A stretch of DNA of 64,000 nt from Azolla caroliniana (GCA_043228905.1 JBHGNT010000017.1:1054001-1118000), one strand, 5' to 3'; shown: positions 25,195-39,847, numbered from the stretch's first letter. Numbers and translations are program-made. The notes: generated by a model from the letters alone, not told the origin.

Positions 25195-28100
25195 TTATGT
25201 CACTTCAGCTTCCTCTGCATGATCTGCTACCATTTTAATATTTCTACTCTGCCTTTTGTTTCCCAATCGCAAAAGCTGCTGAGAGACTTCTCTCATTTTT
25301 GGCCTATTCTGTGAGCTTGGGCTCACACACTGCTTTGCAAGGGTTGCTACAGCTTTGAGCTCGGTTATATTTACATCTTTACTTATTCGCTCATCCACTA
25401 TCTCCTCCCAACCCTCCTCACCTTCTACACTTAATGATGCCTACATGATTATATAAAATTAGAAAATTGAAACCAGTTTCTGTCGCTCTATTATAGACAG
25501 GGTAAAATCATATTTACCAGTGTAATGTAATCCATTAGACCTTTTTGTGGATTCCTGGCTGTTATCAACTCAAAAAGCAAGATCCCAAAACTGTACACAT
25601 CACTTTTAAGAGTAAAGTGGCTTGTTGACACATATTCCGGATCTACATAACCAAATGTTCCCCTGACGCCCGAAACAAGGCGTTCAGCTTCTGCCTCTTT
25701 TGAGAGGCCAAAATCCGCTACCTAAAAAGAATGAAACATTAGGATTTTGAGTTTGGTAATATCCAAATGCAAGATTCCATTATAGATTTACGCAATTTTG
25801 CACTCGATGGGGCCTGTTTGATGGTGGTATTTATTTAATCTTTCGTTCATACCCTTGCTTTCATTGAGGAATCCAGTAGTATATTGGCTGACTTTATGTC
25901 ACGATGTATTATGGGTGGTGATGCCTGGAACAATAGAGATTGTTACATTAAATTTAACATCAGAGATTTCTATTATACTATTCACAAGCATAAGAATATT
26001 GATGAAAGCTTTAGCATACCCCCTCATGGAGATATTCAATCCCTACTGCAACATCTTGAGCTATTTGGACCCTGGAGTTCCAAGTCAGTGGTTGTTGACC
26101 ATCACCTGAAGATCAACAACAAGAAAAAAATGTCACAAAACTATTCCTGAGAAGAAGATATTATGCAAACTGAAATTTGATACAACAGAGACAGTCAACT
26201 AATTTACCATAAAGTAGTTCTGCCAAGCTTCCATTGCTCATGAACTCATAAACAAGTATACGCTGACCTTTTTCCGCACAATAACCCACAAGATTAACCA
26301 AATGCTTGTGATGCAGTCTTCCTAATAAAACCACCTAGAAAGAAAATAATGAGCTTTTGAGAAATGATAAGCGTGCAATCAAAGGAAAGCACTATATAAA
26401 TCCTAAGAGTTAGTGCTGGCACCAAACCGAAGGTTATATGGGAAAACTATACCATCACATTAAATTACCAGCAGATAAATTGTAATGTTGTCAGAAAGTA
26501 AGGCACATTTAGGAATTACACAAGATTCAAAAACGTGACTGAAGATGCACCAGGCATCATCTGTTCCAACTCACTTCATCTCTACAGTACATTCAATGGA
26601 TATCAGGTTGAAGAAACCTATAAATAAACAATCTTTATTGAATTAATATATCCTCCTTGAGTTGAACGGCTTAATGCTTGTTGTGCTGGTTTGGGTCTGG
26701 GTTGATTCTCAGTCTCATTTGATTTGTTGCAGAATTAAAGTGAACATTTTTTACACCCTTGTTCCCATGATTTTTATGTATGACTGATTATGAATAATAC
26801 GTAATTTTTAAATTTATTTCAAAATTGCGTGAAATTTCCTACATTTAGACATTCCCATTCTTAAGCTTTTCCTTCCTCATACCAATAAATGTTGAATGGT
26901 CTTTGTGCCTAATTAAAGAGACCAAGAACAAGAATATTCACTCCCTTTGAGATTCTACAGTAGTTGATAACTCTAATGATGCAATCAACCCTTTTTCTAC
27001 CTTGGACACATCCAAATATCTAGCATAATGACTTTCTATTGTTTACCATTTGTGCACATGCCATTCATTGTGAATTGGCTATTCATATACTTGGCAAGCG
27101 ATACTACACCTTTGAGATTGTTTTTGGCCCTTTTTTCTTGACCATGTGATGTTTTCATCTACCTGAATCCTGGTCATTCATTGCCTACATTTGTCCTTTG
27201 AGGAACTTTCTACATTTTCATGCTCCTGTTTTTTCCCTGTACATACCTGCCTTAACAACTGTATAACTGGCCTTATTTTTTGAAAGGTTTGTTTCCCCGA
27301 GACAACTCCTAAGATGTAATCTCTTGTTTGGTCTTATAGGCCATTTTGGCCTCTTAAAAGAAGTTAATACATCTTTCGTTCTTTCTTCCATTTTGTGTGT
27401 TAACTTTGCTTTGATCCCTGAACCCTGAATGCTCATTAAAATTCATCAGTCAGGGTGAGTTCTAAGAGAAAAGAACCATCCATATCCAATTTGAGCATCA
27501 GATTTTCAAACAGACGGTGTGATCTGTATTTGCAAAGTAGGACAATAACAGGAAACGACAAGGATGAACAAGCTCCCAAACACTCCACTAAACCTTAGGG
27601 ACAAAGAAATACTGGAAATGTCTCAGCCTAAGACCTCATTGCTGGATCATAATTTTGCATAAGTTCATCAGCCGCTATCTACATGTTCAAAGCCTTCTAT
27701 ATATACCCCTGAGTCTACAATCCAAGTCTCATTCAATGCATCATTAACAATGAGAAATGTATCAGCGACAACACATTTAGTTAATTGCATATCTTGCACA
27801 TGGAGTGTGGAAGCACCATCTGAAGAATGTGGTACAAAGAATTTCCTCTGCATTAGATAGCTCTTCAATGAAAACATTAGAGACAAAATTGTCCTTTCAT
27901 TTTCCTTTAGAGATATTTCTATCCTAAAATTTGACCCCTTTGCATCCTTCCTGTCATTCGTATTCTTCCTACATTCAATTTCTTTCTCAAAGCACCTGTA
28001 ATCAGGCTTCTTGTGGCCTCTCCTACTATAATGGTAGTAGATAATAGCAAACTTGACTTTGCTCTGGCTCTCCCCTCTTTGTTCTGCATTAGATTTTTTG

Positions 28101-29913
28101 TCATTTCTTCCACGAGTTACATTTGGAGAGCCACTATTCTCACCATTAACCTTCCTTATCTTTTCATTCAAGAAGAGCCTTTAACCCATACCGCATAAGG
28201 TTGGGATTATTAATCAACAAGACTACCAATGTCACCTAACTGTTTGAAAGTGTCACGGGAAGGAATATGGCCTTCTGACTATCATCAAAGATTTTCTTGA
28301 AATTGATTCAATCTGCTAATGAAAGTGAATGTGCTCATTGACACTCTTTGACTCATCCAATTGCATAAGCACTAGCTTTCTCATCAAATGCACTTGATTT
28401 ACAGAGTGTAGTGTTTTCATGTGTTACTCTTAACTTTCCCAAACTTCATAATCAGTGGTTCACAAGGGTTTTCTCTCTCACAACCATTTGAATATGTAAT
28501 GGCTATCCTGTTCAAGTTAGACCATCCAGGGTCTATCAAAGGGGTTGGCTTCTCACTTTCAAAGCACCATCACGTTCCTTAGAAAATAGGATACCATGCA
28601 TCCTAACTCTCAACAAAGTCGAAGCTTGTGCCATCAAATTTTGAAATATATGGACTTTTAACTGAATATACTGTTGTAATGAACTTTTCCTACACTAAAA
28701 TAGTGGCAGACAGAGAGGGTATTATGGGATTCCACCTGTTTTGGACCTATTCGCAGAAAGGAACTTCTGCAATTCGCAGAATGGCTGAGGTGGAAAGAAA
28801 GCACTATCATTTTAGGGTTGAGCCAATTCACACAAGCCAAGTGACCCAAATATATCATAGAAGCTCTTAAGAGAGCTATAGTCTGAAAGGGTCTTTATAT
28901 ATGTACAAATGGAGAGTTCTTGGAAGTCATACCCAACAACAAGTACATGTAGACAAGCATAAGTGATTGTTCACATATAATTCATTTAATTTCCCCGGTT
29001 GCAGGCATTAAATAATGATGCATGTATGCAGAATGGAAAAGAAACTTGTTTGGATGGAGAGAAATATAGACATTTGAAAACAAAAATGAATCAATGTTAA
29101 CAAGTTAAGTCTCATAACAGCACCTATAAAATTAGTAGATAAGACGGTAGACTTAAAACACAGAATAAACCATACGACATGTATAATTTAATATGAGGCT
29201 AAATCATCATTTTTCAAAAGGTTTCTTCAGCACACCTCATTCAGAAATTCTTTCTCTCCTTGCTTAGATAGGGAAGAAAGCACTTTCACTGCAAACATGC
29301 CACCCTCTGGCATTACAGCTTTGTAAACAGGACCGAAAGCTCCTTCTCCTAATTTAGTGGTGAAGTTACTTGTTGCTCTTTGAAGTTCCCTAAGAAGTGA
29401 AGGAAAAAAAATTAAGATGAGAAACAAACACAATATACACTCGACAAGTTGAGATCTAAAATATATGCACTTCAATTCCTTAGAAAATCATAAAGTTCTT
29501 ATTAGAAAATTTCGAAATATTATATAAGAAAAAATAAAAGATATATTTTATACACTGCTTCCACATTCTGTGATATGAGTAACTTACCTATAAGGGAAAA
29601 TTGGCAGCCCTGAGTGAGAAAGGATAGAATTCTTCTCTCCTTGTCTCACTTTAAACCATGATTTGAAGGCATTACTTTCCTTTCCATGGGGTGGTGACTC
29701 AGCATCGATTGTTATATCTGATAACATTGTGCTAGCGCCCAAGCCATTCACGCGAATAGGCAGTGACATACCACGTTGATCATGACTACATTGGATTTGT
29801 TTCTTTCTTTTTTGAACTGTGTACCAAATGAGAATGCAACCTCCTACAACTAGGCCAATTGATATGCCGATGCATATTCCTATTATAACACCTATTGATA
29901 ATTTATTGTTCAT
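25195..29913 (-). CDS. CRLK1: Calcium/calmodulin-regulated receptor-like kinase (CRLK1-like), 7 exons: 29913-29588, 29389-29236, 26334-26208, 26105-26020, 25924-25853, 25721-25518, 25440-25195
   Basis: N-terminal TM helix ([19 protein letters not shown]) and LPIRVNG motif, followed by kinase motifs [54 protein letters not shown] and [12 protein letters not shown]. Introns are GT-AG and in phase. Confidence 0.9.
27670..28660 (-). mobile_element. Decayed Ty1/copia gag-protease remnant in kinase intron 2
   Basis: ISKFDGTSF gag start, eroded zinc knuckle [14 protein letters not shown] and protease core ETWIVDSG. Multiple stops and frameshifts; boundaries approximate. Confidence 0.7.
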
Positions 29914-30459
29914 CCTTCAGCCTTTATATAATCACTATGTCAAGCTTCGCATGTCTCTGCAAAGATAAAACATCTACAATGAGTAAGTGTCCAGGATGAA
30001 TTGTTTGGAGTGACATCATACAAAAAAAACTAGCTGTGGGTTAATTGAAAACATTTTATGCTAGAGAAAGATTCTTATAAGGTTGTAAATGTGTCGTGCC
30101 AAAAAAACCACTTGATATGCTCGTATGAAGCTTTCAACTTTTATCCAGTACAAGTTTAATAAACCATGCAGAATGCATATTAATTTGGTACGAACTACAT
30201 GAAATGAAAATTCTTCCATGTATTTATAGCGATGCTAGATAAAGATTCTTATCAATTGTACATGTATCATGAAAAATGCATTATAATTTGGTATGAATTA
30301 GTGAAAACATTTGTCTTCCATGCAAAATGCATAATAATTTGGTATGAATTAGACAGGATATCACAAAACTTTGCCTCCCAAACGGACATAGGCAATGGAA
30401 AGAAACTAATCAAATATGCACATCTTTTAAAAAGTATGGAACTCTGATGAAATGAATAG

Positions 30460-33400
30460 CCAACAGGATGAGGATGGAACTACCAAGAATTAACGAGAAT
30501 ACTCTATGGTGTACAATGAGACAGGAAGGCTTTACAAATGCAACTCTACCAAGTAATCATGGAGAAGATTCGTATGAATCATAAAATGAATTTAAGGATT
30601 TCTTACATTAAGCACAATTATGTCTAAAAGTCAGAAGCATGCTAAAGCTTTAAACAAAGCTTCCACTTTGCAAGCTACTTTTTCTTTGTTTCAGCATAGA
30701 TCCATTGGAAGAATTCACACAATTCAAATTATCCATAAACAAAACCGCCTTGGCACATTCATTATCAAGTGGACAGCATTCTTCCATCATATTTTGTAAA
30801 TCTTGATTCTTGAATGGAAGATGGCACAACACCACGACTTCACAAAACATTGGTGGAACTTGAATACATTTGTAAATAAGTTCAGCTTGAGTGAATTTGC
30901 TTTGATCACAATAAATGTTAAGATTGACTATGGTTTGAAGTTAGAGAGTGGGGAGGAATTGCAACTGGAGAATTCTCATGCAATCTTAGTCATATGACCA
31001 TGGAAAGAGTCAAACGAACTGCTTTAGAGAACATAAAACATGACTCTCCAATATGATATGAGGATGGATGGATTGACAAAAAACTATGGAGAAACAATCC
31101 AACCCACAAAGAGCTCACTTGTCATTATTCTGGCTATAAAGGCTAGACCCAACCTGATAGTAGGAAAAGAAAAGGGATAATGCTACAAACTCATCCTCAA
31201 TCAACCCCAAGTTTACACCACAATCCAACACTAGTGATTTAACCAAAGATACAGTTTTGTTAGGCTCTTCCCCTATGACTAGCCAAAGTGCATCCTCTCT
31301 TGATGGTTGAATTATGGATCACAGTTGCACAAGTTATACAACTCATGACATGTTTACCTTGTCTGATATACAACCACACAATTCACAATTTTCTATTGGA
31401 GATACCTTGAATCTTGGTGCCTCATGCATAGGTGATGTATTTTTAAATTCTTCTTCAAGTCAACAACCGATTACGGTTTTGAATGTATTACTCTCGGTTT
31501 CTTGTATTACTGAACTAGGATACAATGGCTATTTTGATATTCAACTTGGAGGTGATTTCTAACGATGGGCCCGGTTCGGTTTCTTGGCCTTGAAACCAAA
31601 CCAAACCATTTATGCATAATAAAAACCGAACCAAACTGTTTAAATTTTATGAAGCCATTCAAACCAGACCGTTTAGAGCCAAACCATTTAAGTTATGCCT
31701 TGGTAGCTCAAGATGATCCTGAGTTGTGGCATGCTTGCTTTGGGCACCTCAACAATGACTCTTCATACCAAATGGTGAATGGTGTTCCTCCTTTCAATGT
31801 CTTTAATACCTCCTATATGGATTGTATACATGGGGAGCACCATTACGAACCTTTCCCTTTTGAGCTCATTTGGCCACATCTACTTTGGAGTTAGTGCATA
31901 TGGATTTATGCGGTCCAATGCAACACAACTCTTGGAGGTGCATGATATTTCATTATTACAATTGATGATTTCTCGGGCAAAGTTTCGGTCTACTTCTATC
32001 CAACTGTGAAGCCTTATCTAGGTTTCAAGAATGTGTGCCTCTAGTTGAAACAAGGGCCTCCAAGAAGGTTTGAAAAAGCATATCTAACAATGGTGGTGAG
32101 TTTATTTCACATGCCACCCGTACCTTTTGTTTGCAAAAGACATATTGTTCATCAGTTTCCTGTCCCAACTCTTCACAACAAAAAGGAGTGGTAGAAAGAA
32201 CAGGAGAACCCAAGAAATGGCTCACGTGATGTTGTCGCAACATGATCTTCCTCGCAACTTTTGGGGTGAAGCTGTACACACATCTGTCTATATCATCAAC
32301 CATTGTCCTCCTCAGACAGTTGCTAAAATGACTCCTAAAGAGGTATTTACATTACAGGTCACAAACCCTTGGTGTCTCACCTTTGTGTGTTTGGATCTGA
32401 TGCAAATGTTCACATTTCAGATACAAAGCAGACTAAAGTCCAAGAGCAAGAAATGTTAGCTTCTTGGCAGTAGCAGTTATTCTAAGGCGTATCTACGATG
32501 GAATCCTCAAAATAAATCCCCAGTATTTCTAGAGATGTTCATTTCTTTTAGTCTCACTCTTAACAACTCAAGGATTATTCCTGAGTTTGTCATGGAGATC
32601 CCAGCTCCTTCATCTACTTCAGTTGTCCCACTTATGTCCTGCCCTCCTATTTCAACTATCAAAACACATCTACATGCCAACTTCCCCTTTCAACCCCCCG
32701 TCTCCTATTGCTCATAAATCTACTCCTCCATATCAAGTTCAACAACAGCTACAATAAACCCTTCCTAATTCACACCTTTCTGGTGTTGATCTTCATCAAC
32801 ATGCAGCCACCTCATCTACACTACTCACAAGAGCTCATAAATCCCAACAGCTTGCACTACATGTATGAAGTGGATATTAAAATAATATACCACATAGATG
32901 GTACATTGGACAAACCACAACACATCTAGTTGCAAAAAGAGTTCTCCCAAGTGGAAGGAGTGGATCATGAGGAGGACTTTGCTCCAACAACAACGTATAC
33001 TTCTATCTGGTGTGGCCTAGACCTTGCCGCCCACTACAATTGGTGTATATTCCTAATGGATGTGAAGTCTACCTTTTCGAATGGTGACTTAAGGGAAGAT
33101 GTCTATGTGGAGCAGTCCCCTGGTTTTGAGATTTCAGGTCAGCAAGGTATGGTTTATAGGGTGAAGAAAGCCCTTATACGGCTTGAAAAAAGCTTCTAAG
33201 GCTTGATATGACAAGATTGCTACTTTCTTTCTCTTTGAGTTAATTGGTTAATTGGTTGCTCTGATGATGATTGGACTGCAGATGTCAACACAACAGTTTA
33301 CATCCGGCTATTACTTCCTACTCATCTCAGGTTTGATTTCTTGAAAGTCCAAAAAACTAAATTCAGTTTCTACTTCGTCTACAAAAGTTGAATATTATTT

Positions 33401-33782
33401 CTTGAAAGTCCAAGAAGCAAAACTCAGTTTCCACTACGTCTACAAAAGCTGAATATTGTGTCTATTTGGATACTTGCTGTGAACTCTTATAGCTAAAACA
33501 AATCCTTGACCATTTTAGAACTCTACAAGACACTCCTATTCAAGTTCTCACCAATCACCAATGTGATCATGCATTAGCAAATAATTCCTCCTTCCATGAT
33601 AGGACTAAACGCATTAAAGTTCGCTACCATTTTGTTCGTGGGGTGGTCATTACTCAGATCATCGGATTGGACTAATGTTCCATTTGAGAAACTGTGGCTG
33701 ACCTCTTTATCACACCACTTCCTAAGAACACTATTGATCAGCTCCTTATCTCAGAGAACTATTCTCAAGCTAAGAGGTGGTG
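30460..33782 (+). mobile_element. Decayed Ty1/copia LTR retrotransposon (gag-PR-INT-RT-RH), probably in the kinase 5' UTR intron
   Basis: Protease-like IMDHSCTSY, GAG-pre-integrase LWHACFGHLN, integrase LELVHMDLCGP and LPRNFWGEAVHTSVYIINHCP, RT FSQVEGVDHEEDFAP...MDVKSTFSNGDLREDVYVEQ, RNase H KSKKQNSVSTTSTKAEY and FHDRTKRIKVRYHFVR, in copia order. Many stops. Paired LTRs not resolved. Confidence 0.88.
31552..31690. mobile_element. hAT-like MITE fragment (AAACC/GGTTCGGTT subterminal repeats) inserted in the copia element
   Basis: ggttcggtttc...aaaccaaaccaaacc...aaaccgaaccaaac...aaaccagacc cluster interrupts copia pol between the protease and the GAG-pre-integrase. Confidence 0.55.
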
Positions 33783-36700
33783 AGGGTGACGACCCTAGAA
33801 CTAATCTCTCCCTCCCACACTGTCTGTTGATACATTTTTCACTCTCTAAATTCACTTTACTCCAGCATTAATTTCATTTGATTTTCTGAACCTATCACAC
33901 ATTTAGTACATTGTTCTCTCCATTGTTTTTACTCATTATACTGTTTGGCATATTCTATCCCCCTTCAAAATGTATGTGTTACAAAACCCACTCTCATTTT
34001 TGTATTTCAAGGCTTTGAGCATCAGTAGGAAATATAGGTCTAGTTAATTTGTTTCTTTCTTCTGTTTCTAGCCTTTTTGCCACCTTACTAATTTTCATAA
34101 CAGTTTTCTCACAATGTCCATGTATTACACTTCGATATAAATAATGTAGACGCAACTCTAGCCAAATTTCTAGTTTTTCTATCCCTCTATCTATAAAGAA
34201 CAAAATATCCAAATTTAGAAAAAATGAGATCAACCAATTTGAAAAAAATATATTACGCTGGAGCAATAACCCAGACCCCTTTAGAACTTTATCACCATTT
34301 CAAAAACCAGCATTATTCTGTGCACAAATATAATCTCAACTAGAAGCCCATGAATAAGGCTAGAGATAGACCTTGTTAGAGAAACCAAATTTAAATGTAC
34401 GTCTCTGAACGAATGATGCCTAAGCTTTTGTAGCCATTTCTGTAGGAAAGACTTAAGTGATCATCAATCGATTATTTCTTTAGAAATGCCAGATGTGCAC
34501 AAATATAGCAGTAAGCAGTATCTTAAGGCATACATATGGACTCATTTGGATAAGTGATTACTAATTAAGGCTTTTATGCAATTCAAATGGGCTCTCAGGC
34601 TTCTAAACATAATTTCTATATAGATGTTTTAAATCTTAAGTGGATATGGCTGGATTTATTAAGCTTTCCCAAGAGAACCTTGAATAGTAGCTGTTTATAT
34701 CAATTTCGATAGATCATATGAGCTTTCCCTGATGGTGAAATTATGCCAAAAATACTCGGTAAAAAGAATAGTTGATCTAGAAAACAGATCATTTATATAA
34801 GATACCATGTACAAATCACAAGAGCAAGAATTAAAATATATAATAATAAAAAGTTCATAAATCCAAGGCACCTGTATGCAGAGAACTCACGTGACTTGTA
34901 TTGTCTGTATTTGGGCCGTTTTAAAGATTACTGTAGTTCAAATCTGTGATAAATTTCCTTCTTTTTTCTGCGATTGAGATCAGGTAGTCAGCAGTATGTC
35001 GACTGTTGTGTCGTATTTCTTATGTTTCCTTAGTTTTTCCGAGATTCAACCCGGGTAGGGAGTGTCCTAGTCCAATTTTTGTCTCGGATGATGATTCTGC
35101 TTCTCCTCCTATTCTCTGAGAGTGTTTCTTTTATGGTTCCTCCTTCCACACTCTGTGATTATCTCTGTGCAGAGCGAATCTTTTCCTTTTTCTTTTTCTT
35201 ATCCTTAGTCGGAAACGGTGGAAGGATATCTGGGAGGCGGGTTGACTGTAGCTAGCTTTGCGAGTGAGGATCGATGGAAGGGATATCAACAATGGGGCGA
35301 AGCAGAAGAATGGCCGGTTATATTCGAGCTTGAAGAGAGAGAGAGAGAGAGAGAGACGCGTTATGACGATGACGATGACCCAATTGAAGGAGCAGGAGAA
35401 GTCCGGTAGCAGAGAAGCAGAAAAAGAAGAGAGAGAGAGAGAGAGAGAAAGGCGACAGAATAACGCGGATTCATACATACTTCTCTTTATTTAAAACTTT
35501 ATTATTATAACTACTACTACTACTACTACTATTATTATTATGTATTATTATGTTGTCACAAAGTCTCGATTTCTTATATACATATATCATATATGTATGT
35601 ATCCTATACTTTACCAACACCACATCTGTAGTATGTACATACATATTGATATGTCATATACCTATCTATTATGCACTCACACACACACATATATATAAGT
35701 GTCTCCAGTACTCCATGCATGCATGTCTCCGCCGATATGTCCATGTCCATGGCGTCTCACTCAGTCGCCTCCTTCTCGTCCATGTCTTCTTGTCCTCCCC
35801 TATCAAGCTCTAACGTCGGTCATATATATATATGCCCACGGCTTTTGCGCATGTATTTGTTATGTCTATGTTCTGGTGTCCCCACGTTGTCTGCGTATTC
35901 GCCTTTTCCATCTTGATCTTGCACTGTGATTTCGCTCCGATCTTCCACATATTCGAGTGTTTTATTTGCATAGGTTTGCGCATATTCGGTTGAGATATTT
36001 GTCTCTTGAGAAATGTGACTTTTATGCATTTTCGAGCTGGGTATCGTTGCTCTTTGTCAAATGTATTTTAGTTCCAAGTTTCAGACTTATGTATGATTTG
36101 TAGATAGTGGTGCATGACAAGTAGATATTTATGTCTTTGCATGCCGACCTAACTATTATTACTTTTTCTTAGCATTGTTGAGTAACCACCTTTGTAGTTA
36201 TCATTCTCGATATGCATACCGCATGATATACGAAAATCAAATTCCTCGTATGAAAGTGACCGTTATTTATGTGTCAATTCCATATATATTGGCTCTCCTA
36301 TGTTTGGTGTATTCCAAATTTAATATTCCCGTTCTCAAACTTGATGTCTCCAGATATAAATTCAAAGTCGTCTCTTTATTCAATACGCGGAGTGATTATT
36401 AACTATGTAAATCAAAGGTGAACATATCTTACAAAAAATAAATATGCATGCATAGTATATGTGTTGATGTTCAATTAAAAAACTATTTCAAAGTTGCTTG
36501 TCATTTTATAAATGGTATCGTGAATATTAAGCACGTACTAACCAAAAAGATTGTGGTATTTGCCACGTGTGTGTTTACATGTTACATAAAGTTACATGTC
36601 AACTATGTTTTTGTGTGGGTGATGTTGGATGGCACTCGTGTGGGCAACCCACCAACCAAATCAAGCATAGTGGGGTTAGAAATTAAAGATAAACAATTCC

Positions 36701-37484
36701 TTTACGACATTTGTCTAATCTTTATCCTAACCTCAAGCATATAACCCAAGGTGACCTTCATGGTGTCCATTGCAATCATCACTCTTTCATCCATTTACAA
36801 CAGGATAGATAATATTCCCATTTGGTTTGAACCGAACTTAGTTAAATGTGAGTAATGTAGTTGGATACTATTATAGGTCCTTACACTTGTTGTGTATACA
36901 TCATAAGGTTTCTTCGAATTCTATAATACATGGAACTATGAATGTGGTCTCAATATTACACAACCTAATCATGATTACCTTTATGCCCATGGTGTAGCCA
37001 TATCTCAAATTGCATGGTCTAATAGACTATGATTTATCACTCCACATTGTAGGGTTCATATCTTGCCAACTTGAGAAAAAAATGCAATGCCTTATTGTGA
37101 CGCCTATGTAAAATTAATTTAGAAGAAAATGGAGTCACATGGACCCAATGTCTTTGAATCTCTAATTTGTCATCATGGTCATAGAAAACTTGCCTACCAC
37201 CTTTAAGTCTAAAAGTTCAAACAACAGTTTGTTGTTAGAAAACTACCTCAACCAGCAAATTATATGCATAAAAGCCATACACCCATGACGATGTACCTTG
37301 AATAATTGAGTCGCCATCAAACCATTGATCACTTTCTACTTGTCCTCCATCATCGATAAGAAAGGAAATCATGTTTGAATAGTCTCCAAGTGATATTGCG
37401 TAGGATATTCTCATACAAAACACTTGTTCTTTTGAGGGCAAAAAAAGTGCTAGATGATAGAGAAAAAGTACGTAATTTATTTTA

Positions 37485-37798
37485 GGGAAAAGTACCCGGA
37501 TACCCCTGGAAGTTCGTCTATTTACCAGAATGCCCCTAGAAGTTCCAAATTTACCAAACTACCCCTATGTCCAAAAAAATACACTTTATAAAGTAATTAT
37601 ACACTCAAATCTACAAAGCCCTATTTACCAGAATACCCTTCAAACACAAATTTCTTTACTTAAGAGATTCTTTGGGTCCTTTGTACTTACTTTATAAAGT
37701 GTATTTTTTTGGACATAGGGGTAGTTTGGTAAATTTGGAATTTCTAGGGGCATTCTGGTAAATAGACGAACTTCCAGGGGTATCCTGGTACTTTTCCC
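37485..37798. mobile_element. Mutator-like MITE, 314 bp, about 112-bp TIRs, 9-bp TSD TTTATTTTA
   Basis: 37485-37596 is the reverse complement of 37687-37798, with two mismatches by eye. Ends are GGGAAAA...TTTTCCC. TTTATTTTA lies at both 37476-37484 and 37799-37807. Confidence 0.95.
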
Positions 37799-39847
37799 TT
37801 TATTTTATGACTTTGGAAAGAAACCGACTTCAATCTTGAAGCTCTTAGATTAGTCTTGTATGATCCACTAACATTGTCATATAGTTTTCTCCCCTTTTGT
37901 TTATTTTGCTCATATACATATATGCAATCAACAACTTCAATGATGACAAGCATTCCAAATTAAATAAGTATCACTTAAGAAGTATTATGTGTGTGTTTGT
38001 AAAGATTGGACATTTATAACCTTTTTTTTGCCGACAATGGTTTATATTTTGTCTAAAGTGATTTACATGATACTTCAGCGCAATTTTTTACCTTTCCAAC
38101 TGCTCTTAAGCTACCACAAACATACATATCTCCCAACGTTGTACATGGCCACATGCCTCATGTCGATGGAGGAAATACCCAAAGAGGTGGACATTTACAA
38201 CTTTGTTGGATAACTAATTGATACAAATGTCTACTTGAGGATTGGTCACTTTTGAGCTTAAACATGCTTGTGCATTTACCATGCTTTTTGGGTTTATGTA
38301 GCCATTTTTATGTGGTCAAATGGCTCATTGTGTTTGTTGGAACTTGGAATAATGTGTTTAGTAGTTGGACAACCATAAACTAACATTAGATCAATAAGTA
38401 TATTCATATATTCTAATCCAACTTATTGCTTCAATATTCATTGACATTATTAAAATAATGTAGTGTGACTATGACGACTACTTGTAATATGTCGAGACCA
38501 TTTATATGCATATGAATAACTAAATGGCTTAGTGCAAATTTCCCTCTAGAAATTGAAAATTCAAGATTCAATTTAAGGGTGTCCTTAGTATTCATGTATT
38601 CAAAATAGGCAAGGTGTTATAGATCTTGACATATAGACTCATTATGGTTTAGGTTTGTATGTATTGTTGTAGGCTAAGGTTTGCAAATCAGAGCATGAGA
38701 ACATTAATGTGGATGGAGATTATTCCCTATACATCTGAAAAGTGTGTGTAACAATGGTTGTATGTAATGAAACCTCTATATTCATGAGAAGTAACACAAT
38801 TTGGCTACAAAGAATCCCAACTCGTTGGGAGTTAACCTTTGAGATATTTTGGAGAATGATAATCTAAATAGTTAGGAGTACAAACATATAACATGGTATG
38901 GGTCAAGGACCGCAAAACCATTGATATAGATGGAGATAATCACACGACTGTGACAAATTAGCACGCAATAACCAAAGTAAAAACAAAACATGCATGGGAA
39001 ACTATACGAGGAAGAAGAATCGAGTAAGCCTGAAAGCTCAAGGCTCACCTCAGCTATTTGGGACAAATCCTAATGACTATTGGGATAGATTAAAAGTTGT
39101 CAAGTCAAATGTCAATGATACATGCAGACACAATATTTGTCAAGCAACACGTGATCCATTCCAAAGAAAGAATTATGGTTGCCGATGAGAAGGAAGGTGT
39201 TGCGCCTTCAAACAATTGTCACTAACTATAAGGCCCACACCTCAATGCAATTTCAAGTCAAGCAATCGATGCCAAGTATTAATAGGCCACCAAAGCATAT
39301 AAATGGCTTGAAGCCATCACAAGCACTTTGTGGCTCTTCAAGTATCACATTTTGGGTGTTGCAAAGTGCACTATAGCAATTCATGAATGAGAATATACAT
39401 AAATTCAAGCACTAGAAAGTGCTCACAATGTTACGTTTAAGACACTGATGTACCAAACAACTAAAAGCAAAAATTAGTACCATCACCAACATGATGGTTT
39501 GAATTATGCATGTTGCCACCCAACAATTTATCGTCACTTTTGAGCACGTAAATGCAACATTTAGAAAATTCCTTGTGAACGGCATCGATAGTCTAGGATG
39601 CATGGTACACTTGGGTAGTTAACAATTCCAACCATTAACTTTTAATGTCGAAGAAGAAAACATGAACTGGTGTACTTCGTGGACATTGATGAAAAAGCAA
39701 AAATTGGCCCATGATTGACTCCATATATAACGAGTTCTCCACAAGTTATAAGTACGTGTGTGCACGCTTTTGTGTGAATGTAAATAATATAGGGTTATTT
39801 ATGCATGTAAATATTGAAGTATGTTCTTTTGTGCATGATTATGCCTC

